A stretch of DNA of 64,000 bases from Balanoglossus misakiensis (Eukaryota; Animalia; Hemichordata), in the NCBI GenBank assembly GCA_040954595.2, contig CM082588.2, forward strand, positions 186,001-250,000. The letters run 5' to 3'. Under the pieces are notes generated by a model, which saw only the letters and a list, made by a program, of their open reading frames with translations, was not told the origin of the DNA and did no database searches. A program made the position numbers and the translations under genes. This document shows, piece by piece, positions 1 through 34,400 of this stretch; position 1 is the stretch's first letter, and each line of letters opens with the position of its first letter.

Positions 1-323
1 AAATTTGAACTTTCTGTATGTATTCAGGAAGAATATTGCAAGGTAAAGTTTATTGGTTTAGACACCATTAAAGAAGAGATGTAAACAACTTCTGATCAAT
101 AAGCCTGAGTTCCATCTTGACATCAGAGTTCTTTTCACCTTTGTGTGTATAAATTTCAATCCTTTCCAGAATTATTCTGACATTCCACAACAACATCCCC
201 ATTCCATTGCAACCCAGTATATATAATGGGTCAGTCCATTCTGAATAAAACAAGGGGTGTTCTACCTTCAAAAGCAGGCTGGGATAGGGCCAGGTGGATT
301 GGTATATATATGAATACACAACC

Positions 324-19616
<19,293 letters not shown>

Positions 19617-19908
19617 GTCCGTTTACGCCAGGGCTGCCGAATGAGAGTAAAAAACAGCAATAACATGATGCGACTTTTCTGTGATTGTGCGAGAGAGACT
19701 ATGTTCCGTAGACTTGCTTCACGTACATCGATTCACCAGAGTTACAAGGACAGCGGAAATTGATTGGGATTCCCCATTATGTAAAAGGGGTGTGTCCCTT
19801 CGTGGAAATTTGAGGAAAGAAGAGCCAACAAACGGACAAACCGGAAGTGGTCGCATAATAAGTATTCTCTGTGTATTTTGTAGGTTTATTACATATTACA
19901 GCGTAAAT
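19617..19908. promoter_or_regulatory. Probable bidirectional promoter, CNK / TRAPPC3
   Basis: The divergent ATGs are 292 bp apart. The region is CpG-richer than its flanks and has an ETS/GABP-type CCGGAAGT at 19841-19848. Confidence 0.7.
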
Positions 19909-21251
<1,343 letters not shown>

Positions 21252-21733
21252 ACCCCAATGAACTCACCCCAGTTTGCCAGGAAAATAGACTGATTCCGTT
21301 TGAAGACAAAAAATCCAGTGGACAGAATATTTTGCCCTTTCAGCAATTTCTGTGATGGAACTTGGCAAAAGACTGGATTCTGTTTTTTCATCCTACAAAG
21401 TTGCAATATTTTGGAACAATCAACATAAAGAGTGTGTGATAAGACAAACCATTCTTTTTTGCATGGCCTTTAGACACATACATTGTATACCTGTATGTAG
21501 AAGGTCATTCACTGTAAAGCATTCTTCAGTAAAGCACAAGCCAGCAAACCTGTTCCAGTTGTATTTCCGTGGATATTCTAGAGACAGTAAATTTTAAGGA
21601 AATATATATTAATGGGCAGAATACAGATATGGACACACATTAATATATGGCTCTCATTTCTTGTAATATTCCACTGTATACATGATAGTTCAGAATTTGC
21701 CAGCCATGTGTGTAACACTCTTGCATATTCCAG

Positions 21734-21739
21734 AATAAA
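21734..21739 (+). terminator. Probable polyadenylation signal of TRAPPC3
   Basis: AATAAA ~480 nt after the stop, followed by a GT/T-rich tract (tgtaatctgttgttatgttc). Confidence 0.5.
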
Positions 21740-24481
21740 AACTTAAAATATGAATAATATTGTTAGTGATTGTAATCTGTTGTTATGTTCACAACAGCTT
21801 GGGTTGGGAACATTTTCTTTTGCCAGTCACAGACATGATGAAAGATGCACAGCTCCGAGCAACACAGATCAAACCAAGTAGTGATGTGTTGAATTTATTT
21901 TAATCACACAATGATTTTCAAAAGCGTCACTTCTGTGGAATGAAAGAAACTTCCTGGAGGAAGTATCTAGGAAGTGGATTCTGTCAAGGATAAACTAAGA
22001 TTAGAGAGTGAGAGAAATCCTAACCCTATGTGTTGTGTTATCGGTTTACAACAGAAATCCTGTTATCATGACAGCTTGACAAGAAAAGAAAAAAGACATT
22101 TCAACATCACTGCTCAAGTTGTAAGAGGAGACTTGTATACTGTGTGGGTGGGTGTGTCCCTGGCATTGTCAGAAAGTGTGGTCTTCATTGCCCATTGCCA
22201 GCAATTTCAGAACATTGCTGTCATCCGTCAGCCAGTTAGAAAAAACTGGTCATTTTAAGAGGACATAAAGTCCCCTTCTTTTCACACCTCTTGCACAAAA
22301 AAGTGTTTAGTTTTGTTTCCGGCTGAGCTGTTCACTTTGAAAAAAGCACTAAGTCTAATTGGCATTTTATGAATGCAGTGTTAGGACCAGCAGTTCACAA
22401 TGGCTCTACAGAAGTGAAAGGACTTCTTTCAGTAAATGCCACTAGTGGCCATGACTTGGCAAAGTTCAATGAATCTAAACAACTCTGACGCATACATCCA
22501 GTTTCCCACAACCAAGTACATTTTATTGTCATTCCTGGTTTCTTTCATCACTTGAATGGATAACACAACAAAAAAACTAAAATAACAGTCCTATCAATAA
22601 AACTTGCAAAAGAACAAAATGCAACTACAGTAACATACTCACCCAAGGACTTCTGATTGCGCTCAGGCGGTGTCATGTGACAGTCTCATCCAATCAGATC
22701 ACAAATGCAAAACTAGACTCACTCATTAGAAATCGTAATCACTAATGAAACAGTCTCAGTGAATGAGATCTGCTTTCAGATTAGTTGGAAATCATGTGAT
22801 ATGTACACACAAATCCAGTGCACGTTTTTTTTTTAATTTTGTGATCTTCATAGATCAATCGGAAGTGCCCCAACTGAATATAAAATAAGTTAACTCTCGC
22901 TTTATACCTCCTGTTCAAAATAACTAAATAAATATCCTACAATATAGAACGTACACCTCTAAAATCAAATAAAACTTTCTTCATCTCATATATTTATTAT
23001 TTTTTAAAACCAAATCACACAGATGTGATGTTTTTTATGTATTTGGAAAGACAAATAAGAAAGATATTTAGAGTAAATGTGGTGTCAAGGTGATTGAAGA
23101 TTGCTATCTCAGCTCTTCAAAACACTCAGCCTCCAGTTGAGGAGGGGTGACGTTTAGAACTTGGTATAATAGAAGATGTCTAACTAAACTTGTACAGGAT
23201 AACTACAATCACAGTAAATGATTTTGAGATACGTGTTCACAGCAGTTGCCTAACTCTGTATTATAGATGATTTCTGTTTGAAGGAATTGGGGTTTCCAAT
23301 GAGGACAGCTAATCTTTATTACTGATGGCGTAAAAAGTAGGAAATATATCTGATGTCACCAAGACATGATGCAAAATGAAAGTAAAAAGTTGAATTACAG
23401 TTGTGAGTAAACATTTCCCACCCTGTATCAAGAGAAAGCTGTTTGATGGTCTAGTGTCAATTACAATTCAAGCATCTTGCCTTATGTCCCTCCAGATGTG
23501 TACAACTTTAATTTTTGGAAAAATTGTACACCTTATCAGGAAGTTATTTGTTAGGTTAGATGGTAATGTGTATTTGGGAAGTAAGTAAGATATTACTTTG
23601 TTTAAAAATCTATTCTAAACCTACAATTATAATCCTCTCCAATTGATAAATATTTCAGATGTGTTTGTTTTAATTGCTCTTCAAAGATGTCCCTACACCA
23701 TTATTCATATTATCTTCAAAAGACATTATCATTCTGCAAAGGATGTTACTCATTTGTAACAGAACTATTTCTGCCATGAAGTTAGTTGTCATCATATTCA
23801 ACATACATGATATATAAGCTGCACTATGATTGGCTCTGATATCAAATGATAGGTTACAGTAACCAATTATCAGTTATGTCATACAGTCATCAACAGGCCT
23901 GATGGCCTACATAATCCAACAGACAGGACTGTCATGGTACTGATCTCATTTTGCTTGAATTCAAACATAACAGCTCACAAACTGTAGGCAATACAGACAG
24001 TGTTTTTTTCTCCAATAAACCAATAAATATTTAAACTACACTTTCCCCTCAAAAATTCTGTCTTCATGGTAATTAATCAACAGTAGAAAAAGTGAAGTCT
24101 TAAAGAGAAGAGACAAAATGTTATCTTACTAATACAAGTAGTGAATTTCAAGCAGGTTTTTAACATCAATTTTGCTCAAAACACCAAAAAAACATGTGTT
24201 GAACCACGTAAATCAAAATAAGGAGACTTATAATCTATTTCTAAACATAACTACTGTTTCATAATGACAACCATATATGATCTCTGCACCTATGAGCAAC
24301 GCTAAATACCGTGCCATATTTGGTAAGAAGCTCTGAGTGATGATCATGTGCATATTAGGTTCAATGAAGATTTCTCTCAGTCTAACATGTCTATGGTTGC
24401 TTCAACACGGATGGATGCTAAATCAGAAATCAATTCTTTTTCCAGAATTAAGGATGTTGATCTTCATCTGTCACACTTTCC

Positions 24482-24630
24482 AACATGACATGACATGATA
24501 TGGCATTGCATGATATTACATCACATCACAATGTATTACATATCATTACATGACATGACATTACTTTGCATTACAATACATTATATTACAATACAATACA
24601 TTACATTATAATACATTATATCACATTACA
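24482..24630. repeat. Degenerate pentanucleotide repeat (ACATG/ACATT/ACAAT)n
   Basis: acatgacatgacatgatatggcattgcatg...acattatattacaatacaatacattacatt; 5-bp periodicity over ~150 bp. Confidence 0.85.
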
Positions 24631-25462
24631 CTGCTACTGATGGATTCAGATCATTTGCCACTGAAAGCAAGCAGTCCCATCAAACAAATTGTTTTAAATA
24701 AACAGAGTTCAAAGACATCTTTTATACCCAAAATGTTTGTCAGCTCATGACTATCAGAGCATAGAATGGCTACTGAACAATGACATATTAAAAATCTCTG
24801 ACAAACACTGCCTTCAAAACTCTCATATACCTTCACAATGCAACACAACCATACAGTAAGAAAAGCGTGCCTAACAGGTTTTCAAAAAATTACATTGAGA
24901 TTAATAAACCTTAAATGCCAAAATAAATAAATTCAAAGGTAAATATCAGTGCTAAGTTACACTTTTTAAAAAGTTTGAGATTTACTCTCACAAAAACCAT
25001 AAATTTATCCAAATATACATGTAATTTTGATCTGTTTGCCACTTATATGATTAAACATATTTATACTTATTTATGCGTTGGATCGTAAGCAAAGAAAGTG
25101 AGATAAATAATCAAGATAAGAATTGTTTTTCCTTCGATGCAATCATGCTGTTCAGCAACCACATACCAAGTGACTATGCACTTTTTTAAGTTTTCCAACT
25201 TAAGTTAAGGCATCGGTACATTTTTATACACCAACCATATCAATCTACTTTACGATCTACAATATTTTTCTTCTTTTCTAGTTGTTGTATGGCCATAAAA
25301 ACAACTCAAAAACTACACGCTAAAATTTTATTGTGTCATCTTTCCAGGCTTCTCCAACCCTTGCCAAAATTTCCTCGTTTACATTTAACAAGTGAGAGAA
25401 CGGGTGGCAGCGCCCTCTAACACCCTTCTGCGTTATATACCCTTGTTTTTTCTGCTCTCTCC

Positions 25463-28400
25463 TCAGGCCTGAGCAGCAGCAGTTTCAGTCACTTCAATAT
25501 CTTCAGCACTTGGATGTTCTACACTGTATTTCAGTACCAGCTCATGGCTGCTACAACTTGGGATTTCAAGGAACCACTCAATGTTGTTATTTTTGTTCAT
25601 GCGGACCGGTTTGGATTTGTCATTCTTGTCCTTGATGGAAGGCTCTTGTAGAGTGACCTGGGAGTAGACGAAGACAACTGACTTGTCAAAATCAAAAGTG
25701 GACAGTTTTCACTCATAATTTCGCGTATCCATATTTGCTTTCTTTCACAGCACTACAACTGTAATACCATTAGAACTGCTATGCTTTCAAACGGCATGCC
25801 AAAAAGGATTTCTCATTCAGACATCAGTTTCAACATCAGATCGCCCATTGTAAACCACAACCTCTTTAAGGCAACAGTTTCTGTATTGCCAGAGCGGAGA
25901 TACATGTAGATGACTCTGGCTCACGAGAATGGGTTGTACCTTACTATTGTCCCCAAAGTGATCAGACCATCAGAAGGGAACAAGTAAAAGACTGCTTGAT
26001 GACTTTTTAATACCTTAATCTTTTCTTCAGAGCTGAGGGGTAACTGATCGTGCACTGTGATCTTGATGGCATCCTGTTTGGTGTTTTTGATTTCAATGAC
26101 CTGGCGGTACGTAGTGGTGGTTGTCTTGGAGATAATGCCAGATTGCTCCTTGTACTTATGGATGGGTTTGTACATTACTCGCACAGATGGATCAACGCCC
26201 AGAGAACATTCAAATTCTTCTGATGGTGATACTGATCTCATTAGCGTCTGAAGTGTAATAAAATATTTCTAGTTGATCAGCTCAAGTTTTAAAAAAAAAT
26301 TCTGTGAAAAATACCTTAATGTTGAAATAAATTTTAACAGGTGGTGTAACTCTTCTTTCATAATGATTTAATCACTCCAACACTTATCATAGCTCTATTA
26401 TTTTACGCACAGTGCTGTGATTAAAATCACTGGCACTAACCTTTGCAACAAAGTTGTTCTCAAAGAAGACATTGGCTGGACCTGGAAGCAAGGCATACTG
26501 GGAAGTGTTCTTGGTGATGGCTTTCACAAATGCATGTGGCGCCCTCTTGGGGACAGAGTCGTGCTCAAACACTGGATCCAGATCGATGATGGCAACAGAG
26601 ACCTTGTGACCCAAGTTGTCACTCGGGATGGTGGAACGACGGGTTATTTCATAAGCAGTACTGGTCACACTTTCTCTCACCTAAAAACACATCACGTTCA
26701 TATCAGTGATGATAACACAACTAACAACTGACTTTGCTATGCTTACATCATATACTGAGCAAACCCATTTTCAAATCACTGTACTCATGAATCTCTCTCA
26801 CATATTTGACTCTATGAATGGAATATAATTCAGACCAGTGGTTTCAAAGAAGAAAAGTGTTAACAGACAATCAGCCTATCTGTTGAGCTCCGCACCTCTG
26901 ACAGAGCTAGGAACCTCATTGATTGTGTACATCATTGATAGACTGTTTATCTGCTGAGTGCCCTTTATAAGTCTCTATTTTTACCATACAGACAATTGTC
27001 TAAATTTATCACAAAGAGAAGGTAAGATATCAGCCTTTGGACAATGACTGCTATATTTGTTCCCGATTTTTGCTGTCAGTATTCACTGATAGTAGGAAAC
27101 TGACTGGCAATGCCAGTTCCAGGTGCAGATGGCTCAGTTAGGGAGAAGCAGGAACAGATGGATGAGCACTAAGCAACTCGACACAACTTGTCACAGTGAG
27201 GGTATCTGACTTTTTCTGCCAGCTTACAAAAATCAGCTTTATTTTCTCATTCCTGATATAACATGAATATCTGTCTATTCCCATACTTTAATAAAATTGA
27301 TGTTGTTTGTAAAGATTACACACCAGACGTGTTGAAAAACCCTCCTGTGGTCATTTGTGTCAAATCGCCAAGTTTGTGAGCAGCAGTGCAGTGTGAAGAT
27401 ACTTACCAAGTAATACTCAGTGACAGTTTGTTGGTCCATAATATGGGAAGACAAAGACAGAACAATGCAAGGAAAATGGTCGGAGGGAAGAAGAGAAAGG
27501 AAGAAAGATAGTGAGGTTGTTCTCTGAGGGACAATTTTATGACAGCTGAAGGAATTTAGGTAACAGTCAGTGATGTCTACACAAAATCAAAAAAGGGTCA
27601 TTTGCTTTTATTGGAAATTAGTCTCATTTTTCAATGATATTATTCTGCAATAAAACTGCCAAATTTCACTTTTTAAATTCTATTTATTAGCTGCTACTGC
27701 ATGAGACTTCCCTTGATTGAAATGTTTATCGGTGCCGAGGACTAGGTTCAATGGAAGTTTTAACGGGCAGGACTCAGATGGTACATGACGAAAGTCAGAT
27801 TACTGAGCATGACACTATCACATGTTGCAAACATGGGGATCAATAACTCATCAAAGCCAGCAATATCAGAAACATTTACCAGGAAAATCAATGCACAACT
27901 GAAGAGTAAGCAGCTATTTGGGCACACCACACCAATTGAAAATTATGCTATGAAACTTTATACTTGCAAACATGCATTTACCAATAACAAACATGAGCAG
28001 GCTTAAAACAGAAACACAATTTGCTCTATAACAAAAATAAGCAAAGCAATACCAAAAGACAGTGATTGTGTCACTTTGATAGGTACTTTATAAGAAGTGG
28101 TTATTAAAGCAAAGAAGACTGTAACAAGGTAATTACTGCAAAGCATGATTATTACCTACAGGTTATCTTCACCTAGTCTAGACTGTAATCGAACCAACGA
28201 CCCATGCGAGCAGATGATGCCTATAGGGATGGGGGAAAATAAGCAAGCAGGATACAAGAAGCGCCAGTGTAACATCACCACTGCAGCACACACATTCATT
28301 TGAGAGACACCCAAGATACCTCAGTAGTTGGCATTTCCATATCAGGAATATGAGAGTAATCCTCCTCTGAAGCCTCATCACCCATCTCCATGCACAGCGA

Positions 28401-31400
28401 GTCTTGAGGAGTCAGCGAGAGAAAGGCGTGGGTTTTCAACTCTCGTTGGTGTTTGGACTCTTTCCTACGAAAGCTTCCGAAACGATGTTTGGCCTTCACT
28501 GCTTTCAGCATGACATGGGCACTTTTGTCTCTGCTATGTAAAGGAAGAACCATTTGTGAGAAAAGAGGAAGAAACCATGCTTTGTAATGATAATAATCAC
28601 AGTTTCAAAATAGTCAACATTTGAAGTTAACATCTATTGAAATGTGGTTGAAATCCATCTTCCCATCCACGTTTTTGCATAAGAATTCTTTAGCTACAGA
28701 AACATTACCCAGGCATTAATGTCATATTGGATTATTTATGGTCTAATGAGCTAAGTTTACTTTGGGCTATCAGTAACCATGGTTACTGATAGCATTTGTA
28801 CATAGTGATTGCTTATGCGTCACACTGGCTCTATGGTACTAGCCTATATCTACACTAACAGCAGAGGAAATGCAGCCATTTCAATGGATAATACACAGAA
28901 GAATATGTATGATGGCACAGAATTCAAGACATTTATAGATATCAAATCAATTGTGATTTCTAATGATGTGACAAGAATTGTGCAAGAAATGTGAAATGGT
29001 CATGAGTCTGAAAGAGCACAGAGATGGAATTCTCAAGCTGGAAGACTCATGAATAATCTGGCATAGAAAAAGGATTGTATGATGAGAAATGTACCACTGG
29101 GCCAGGTGGCACAAAATATACAGAGTGTCAACAGCCAACAAAAACTTCCACCAATTTTCCCCAGGTACACACAATTATTCTATGCTCATGAGTTTGACAC
29201 AATGATACAATTTTCTATAAAATTCCATTTAACTATTCTCTCATCTTGTCCCTAGATCTGCAAGTATTTAACAGTCACTTTTAAAAGATCCTCTTGGCAT
29301 ACAAACTGCAGCAATATTGCATCCCATGCATATATGATACACCTGCCTATTGTTACTCCATGCAGGGAAGACATACTATGAATACAGCTCATCATGCAGT
29401 GTTGTGAGCAACCTTCACCCCTTGACAACCTGGATCATGCATCATCCATCACCAAGGCAACTGCCACCATGGGAACAGAGGATCCTTCACTCCTACCTCC
29501 TCCTCCTCTATCTTCTCAAGTTTATGCACATCATGATCACTTGGTTCATGCACAGAATCATGACCTTCAGCATCTACTGGTACCTCATGAACATCGTCAA
29601 ACTCCTGCTCTAGCTCCACTTCCACGTCATCTGGGCTGGAGGGTGGAGGCGAGACGGGCTCGTCCTTTGCATCCAGAGTGTCGGTACTCTTCCCTTTCTC
29701 CTCGGCATCTAGATCTTCACGTGATTTATCCTTATCATCTTTCTCCTCCTTCTCATCATGTTTCTTCTTGCGGAAGCTGAATCTACGAATAGGCTTGCGA
29801 GCAGTGCGGGCAACTGCCTTTGTGGCACTCTTGCCACGAGATCCCACTCGAGTGACCATTCCACTCAATGTTCTAAACAGTCATCAAAGAGTTAATGTCA
29901 TTTCTAGATCACATCATGAAAATATTGGTTGACAAGGGTAAATACCTGATGATGACAAAGTCAAATTGTATTCAGGTATTGCCAATTTAAAGGCCCATGA
30001 AATTCAATGTAATCATTGCAAATTTGTCAACCAACTTGAGTCACAACATTCATTTGTGATGGAACAGGCATAGGAAAGAATACAATATTACGTACTTTAC
30101 ATTTGTACAAATAAGTTACACCTCAATAAGCTGCCGTACAGAGTACAATACGCCTTAAATAAGACTTAATCTTAATGATGCCTGGAGCATGGAACGTGTA
30201 TGGAATAGGTAAAATGGAATAGGTCTGTTGATGAACTGTTGTATTATGAAAAGCAAATACCAGCATTACCATTTGACCACAAAAGAAGTTAGCTATCATT
30301 ATTCAATGGCATTGCTATGTATAGTTCATTTTTTCAGCAAGGAGTGTCATCGCCATCTAATCCAGTCCAGACTGGTATCCCCTTGTTCCATCTAACACAT
30401 CTAACGTTTACAGCATGAGATGTTCTCATAAGTCCATAAAACATATGCATGCATTCAATGTTTTCCTAAACCACTGTAAATTAGTGCTCGTTATAACCAC
30501 ACTATAACAGCAGACAGCTGTCATCCACATGTGTCTGCTTGATAGCATAAAGTCTTGGCATATTGTTTGTACTCGTCACAACCATCTACATCATTCCTGG
30601 CTATCTATTGTCAAAGCAGACAGCTTTGTGATATTTATGCCAAGACTTCGTGATCCTAGATCTCCACAGCTTAGAGTGAAGATGTGTTTGCATGATAATG
30701 ATATGGTTTTCTCCTGTATAAGTAGAAAAATCACATTTGGGACTGCAAAGTTTGATATCTATTTTTACCTGGGAGTTTATAAGATAAAAAATATGCCTCG
30801 TTTGTCAAGTGAGGATTATCTCATTCGGGTTCAGAATGTTCTCATTAATTTAATGAAGATTTTACATGATAGGTAATTGTTTTATTGGTTTGGTCAGATA
30901 AGAACTTTCAAGATCACTTATGATTCTTGTCTACTTGAGATTATTCCCCTGAGAAAAACAAAATATCATGTCCCTCTTGGGCATTAACTTGTGTTTTTAA
31001 AAGATCTTTCAAAACATTTTCATTTGCATTGTTGCAGGCGGTTTCTAATTTTGATAAATTTATTTTGCTCTACATTTCAATATGTCAGTCCCTTGGTCAC
31101 TGAAATACTGCACAAATTAGAATGCAATATCTGTCAGCATGAATAATTCACCGACTATGAATTGACATTCTCTTGGAATGTTTAACTTCCATCATAGGTT
31201 TAATGAGCCGAACTTTATGCTGCTTCATTAAACATGCAAAACAGCTATACTATAATATTGAAGTTAGACCGTCTGCATTCTTTATGAAAGCATGATCAAT
31301 TAGGTTTCAACTCCTGCATCACCTATCACCTCTGTTGTATTTCAATAAATGCAGATATCCATGCTGAAAATTGCTTTTCTTTAGGAATTTCTCTGTAACA

Positions 31401-34400
31401 CGTTCAGACTGTTCAAACATATGTCCAAACTGAACTAAACTGAAGTTTGTGTGGCATACCAGTATACATGTAATGGCAAAATAAAAATTACCATCAGCAT
31501 CGCAAAGCTGTGTTTTTTGGGTCAGATTTCTACACTTCTCACAAGTAGAGTCTACAGAATCCTTTTCTGCTACGACTACCAGTATATATAATAACTTAAT
31601 CTAAAAGTAGTGATGTCAAAACATATACTGAAAGCACCATCTGTACCTTTTTGTTTAATTCATAGGATTAAAGTATTTCTTTGCAAAGAAATTGTAATTC
31701 ATTCAGGCAAAAGAAGCCTTGAAATGTCTGAACAACAGTTTATTAGCATGTGTAATTGACAGCTGGCTAAAAATATCATTTCCAAATTGACTTTAGTTGG
31801 TAATACTGACAGTTAGTAGATTCTTGATTAGTTTGTAGTTTTAATGTCCTTTTTTCAGTAAAGCAACATGCATGTTTACTTGTAGCAATATGTGGATTAA
31901 AGTTTCGATTAGTGCTTCATAACTAGAGGAGATATTTTGCTGTGATTATATAGACAAGGAAACTGATGAAATCCTTGCGAAAAAAGCAGTGAGACCATGA
32001 GTAACTTACTTGTAGACTTTAGGTTTGAAAGTCAACATCTGGGTACCGAGTGGCGGGGGACTACCACCAATGCTTGGCATTGCAGTGGAGAGGGAGATTT
32101 TGGCATCTGTCCAGTCTTCTCCTGTGTTCTGCTGTAGCATGCCATAGTACATGATCTATAAAGGAATAAAACACAGAGTTCATTTCAGGACTTTCAAAGC
32201 ATTTTGCAGTGGTTTTCAAGGAAAATCTGAGATCATAAATACTATTATTTTCTTGAAGAGATTGCACAGTAATTTTGTCAATGTTTCCCATTAACTATCA
32301 ACATTTTGGCAGTAGGGGTAGGCACTGAGGTTATAGCTGAGGCAATTTCTTGGAAGAACTTTTCATTTTTATTAGGATTTTCAAAGAATTACTACGAGCA
32401 GTTTATAATTCCAGGATTTGCATGGTTGTATAAATCCTTCTTGACCCTGTGATCTACAGTCAAGTGTGTAGCTAGTGACGGTACGTGTCGAGAAGAACGA
32501 TTTCAATGAATTAACTCCTGCATGCCTTATAGGAAACACTTCAAAGATTAGTGCAGTCATGGATTCGAGTAAAGCAGCATGTATTTGCTGCCAATGACTT
32601 CCTGACTATAAAAGCTTACAAGAGGCCAATCAAAAACAAATTCAGCTCCCCTCTCTAAAGTCAATACGATTTTTTGAGCAATTCAAGTGGTGATGACCAT
32701 GAATATTCTAATTTCTTAAAAGTAAAAGTACTGACTTTCATCATTCTGTCTTGACTGAAGACTCTGACATCATATTTTGGTGTCCATTTGGCATTCGAGA
32801 CCACATATGAAAGCAAAAGCTCCACATCACATTCCTCTCTTGTCTCCAACATTATTGACACTTCCCTGGAGAAAATCAAGGAAAAGGGATTTTAGCATGG
32901 AATCACACATATGGAATCTATAGCTGTACAAGTTGATACATTTAGATTAGAAAATATCACTTGGCAATAATCTACCATATGTGAAATGAATAGAAAAAGG
33001 GACACATGTACATTGTATTTGTAATGCAAATTTTCTTTATTATGCAACAGAACCATCATAATATGACTGTTATTCACCTGGACTGATAGCCATCTTTAGA
33101 GGCATCGGCTTTGTTCAAGTTTCGATTGACCACCGTCAGCTCTTCATCCACTTTCTCCATGTCCAGTGATAATTGATGCAGCTCTGCGTCCAGCTTTGCG
33201 GCCTGTCCATCATAGAGGTCAAAGAAACCGGTCATACCTTCCAGTAGATCCCTGTCCAAAACCCTGGTCAAACTGGCCTGTGTTCCTTCCTGCCATCGAG
33301 AGTTCAGAAAACATAAATTACCAAATGTATAGTAAGAGCTCTGTTCTTGGTAAAAATTAGAAAAATGCAGAGTATGCCTTAAAGCAGACACATTCAACAA
33401 TTGTGATTTGGGGATACCAAGGCTGAATAATAATCAGACCTAGTGTTTCACTCTATGGTACATTCTAATATATTAAATGTTATTCATATACGGTATATGT
33501 CATTAAGTATACATTGAACATACAATCCCCATGTACATTGAAACAGGTTATCAGTTGGTGTAAATTGTACGAGGTTGGAATAGGAAAACTGTTGTAGACC
33601 GTTCACACCCAAAAAATATCTTAACCATCATCAAATTGTGGTTTGTGTACACAATATGATACAACAACCCATCATTCAAATACTCGGCACTTCCAGTATG
33701 CAGTGAACAGAACACGTTCACCAGATTCGCAAATATTATTATTATTATTACAGATACATTAGTTCTTTGACTCCATCAGAGTGAAGCCAGTCCCTAATCC
33801 TTTCTTGTGCACATTGTGAACTTTGAAACACACACCTTGGAGAGAAGGATGTTGATCGACAGACAAGCAGAAACTCCAGTGTTTATCTTGTACAATGATA
33901 CATGTGAGAATAATACATTGGGCAAGTACATTTGAAAACTGTTGAACTATTGCTTTCCCAATGCTTGGACTTGCTTGAGTGAAATTACTTGAATTCTGAG
34001 AAGTACCCTTATTTATTCAGTCTCATGGTTCCCATTAAGACAGTGCAGAAACATGGGAAAAGAGGTATTTCATTATTTGCTTATAAAAAAGAAATCTCGA
34101 AGTGTACATACAGGAATGAGTTTGCACAAAGATATGTTATCATATGTCTGTTTTGTAGAGCCAATGTCTCATGGTCATCATTTAAATTACACTTCTATCA
34201 CACTATGACAAGTCTTGAAACTACTCATTTGCAGTAGACCAAGACAGACATCTGTGGGATGAACATTGCGAAGTAGAAATAACTGTTTCATAGGATCTGA
34301 ATCAAAACAGGTGGAAGTGATTGTTTGTTAATAACAAATGTTAACAAATGATTATCACTTTAGGCATGTACGAAAATTAAAGGACTAATGTGTCAATGTT

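Noticed and set aside
25433-25465. Stop-codon readthrough or selenocysteine at the DUF4139 TGA
   Set aside because: The context TGA-GGA is not the leaky TGA-CTA motif, only 9 codons follow, and no SECIS was recognised.
31152-31244. 93-nt open, phase 2-2 segment with a gtgaat donor, as an extra DUF4139 cassette exon
   Set aside because: The acceptor lacks a polypyrimidine tract and the peptide resembles nothing nearby, so chance is a sufficient explanation.
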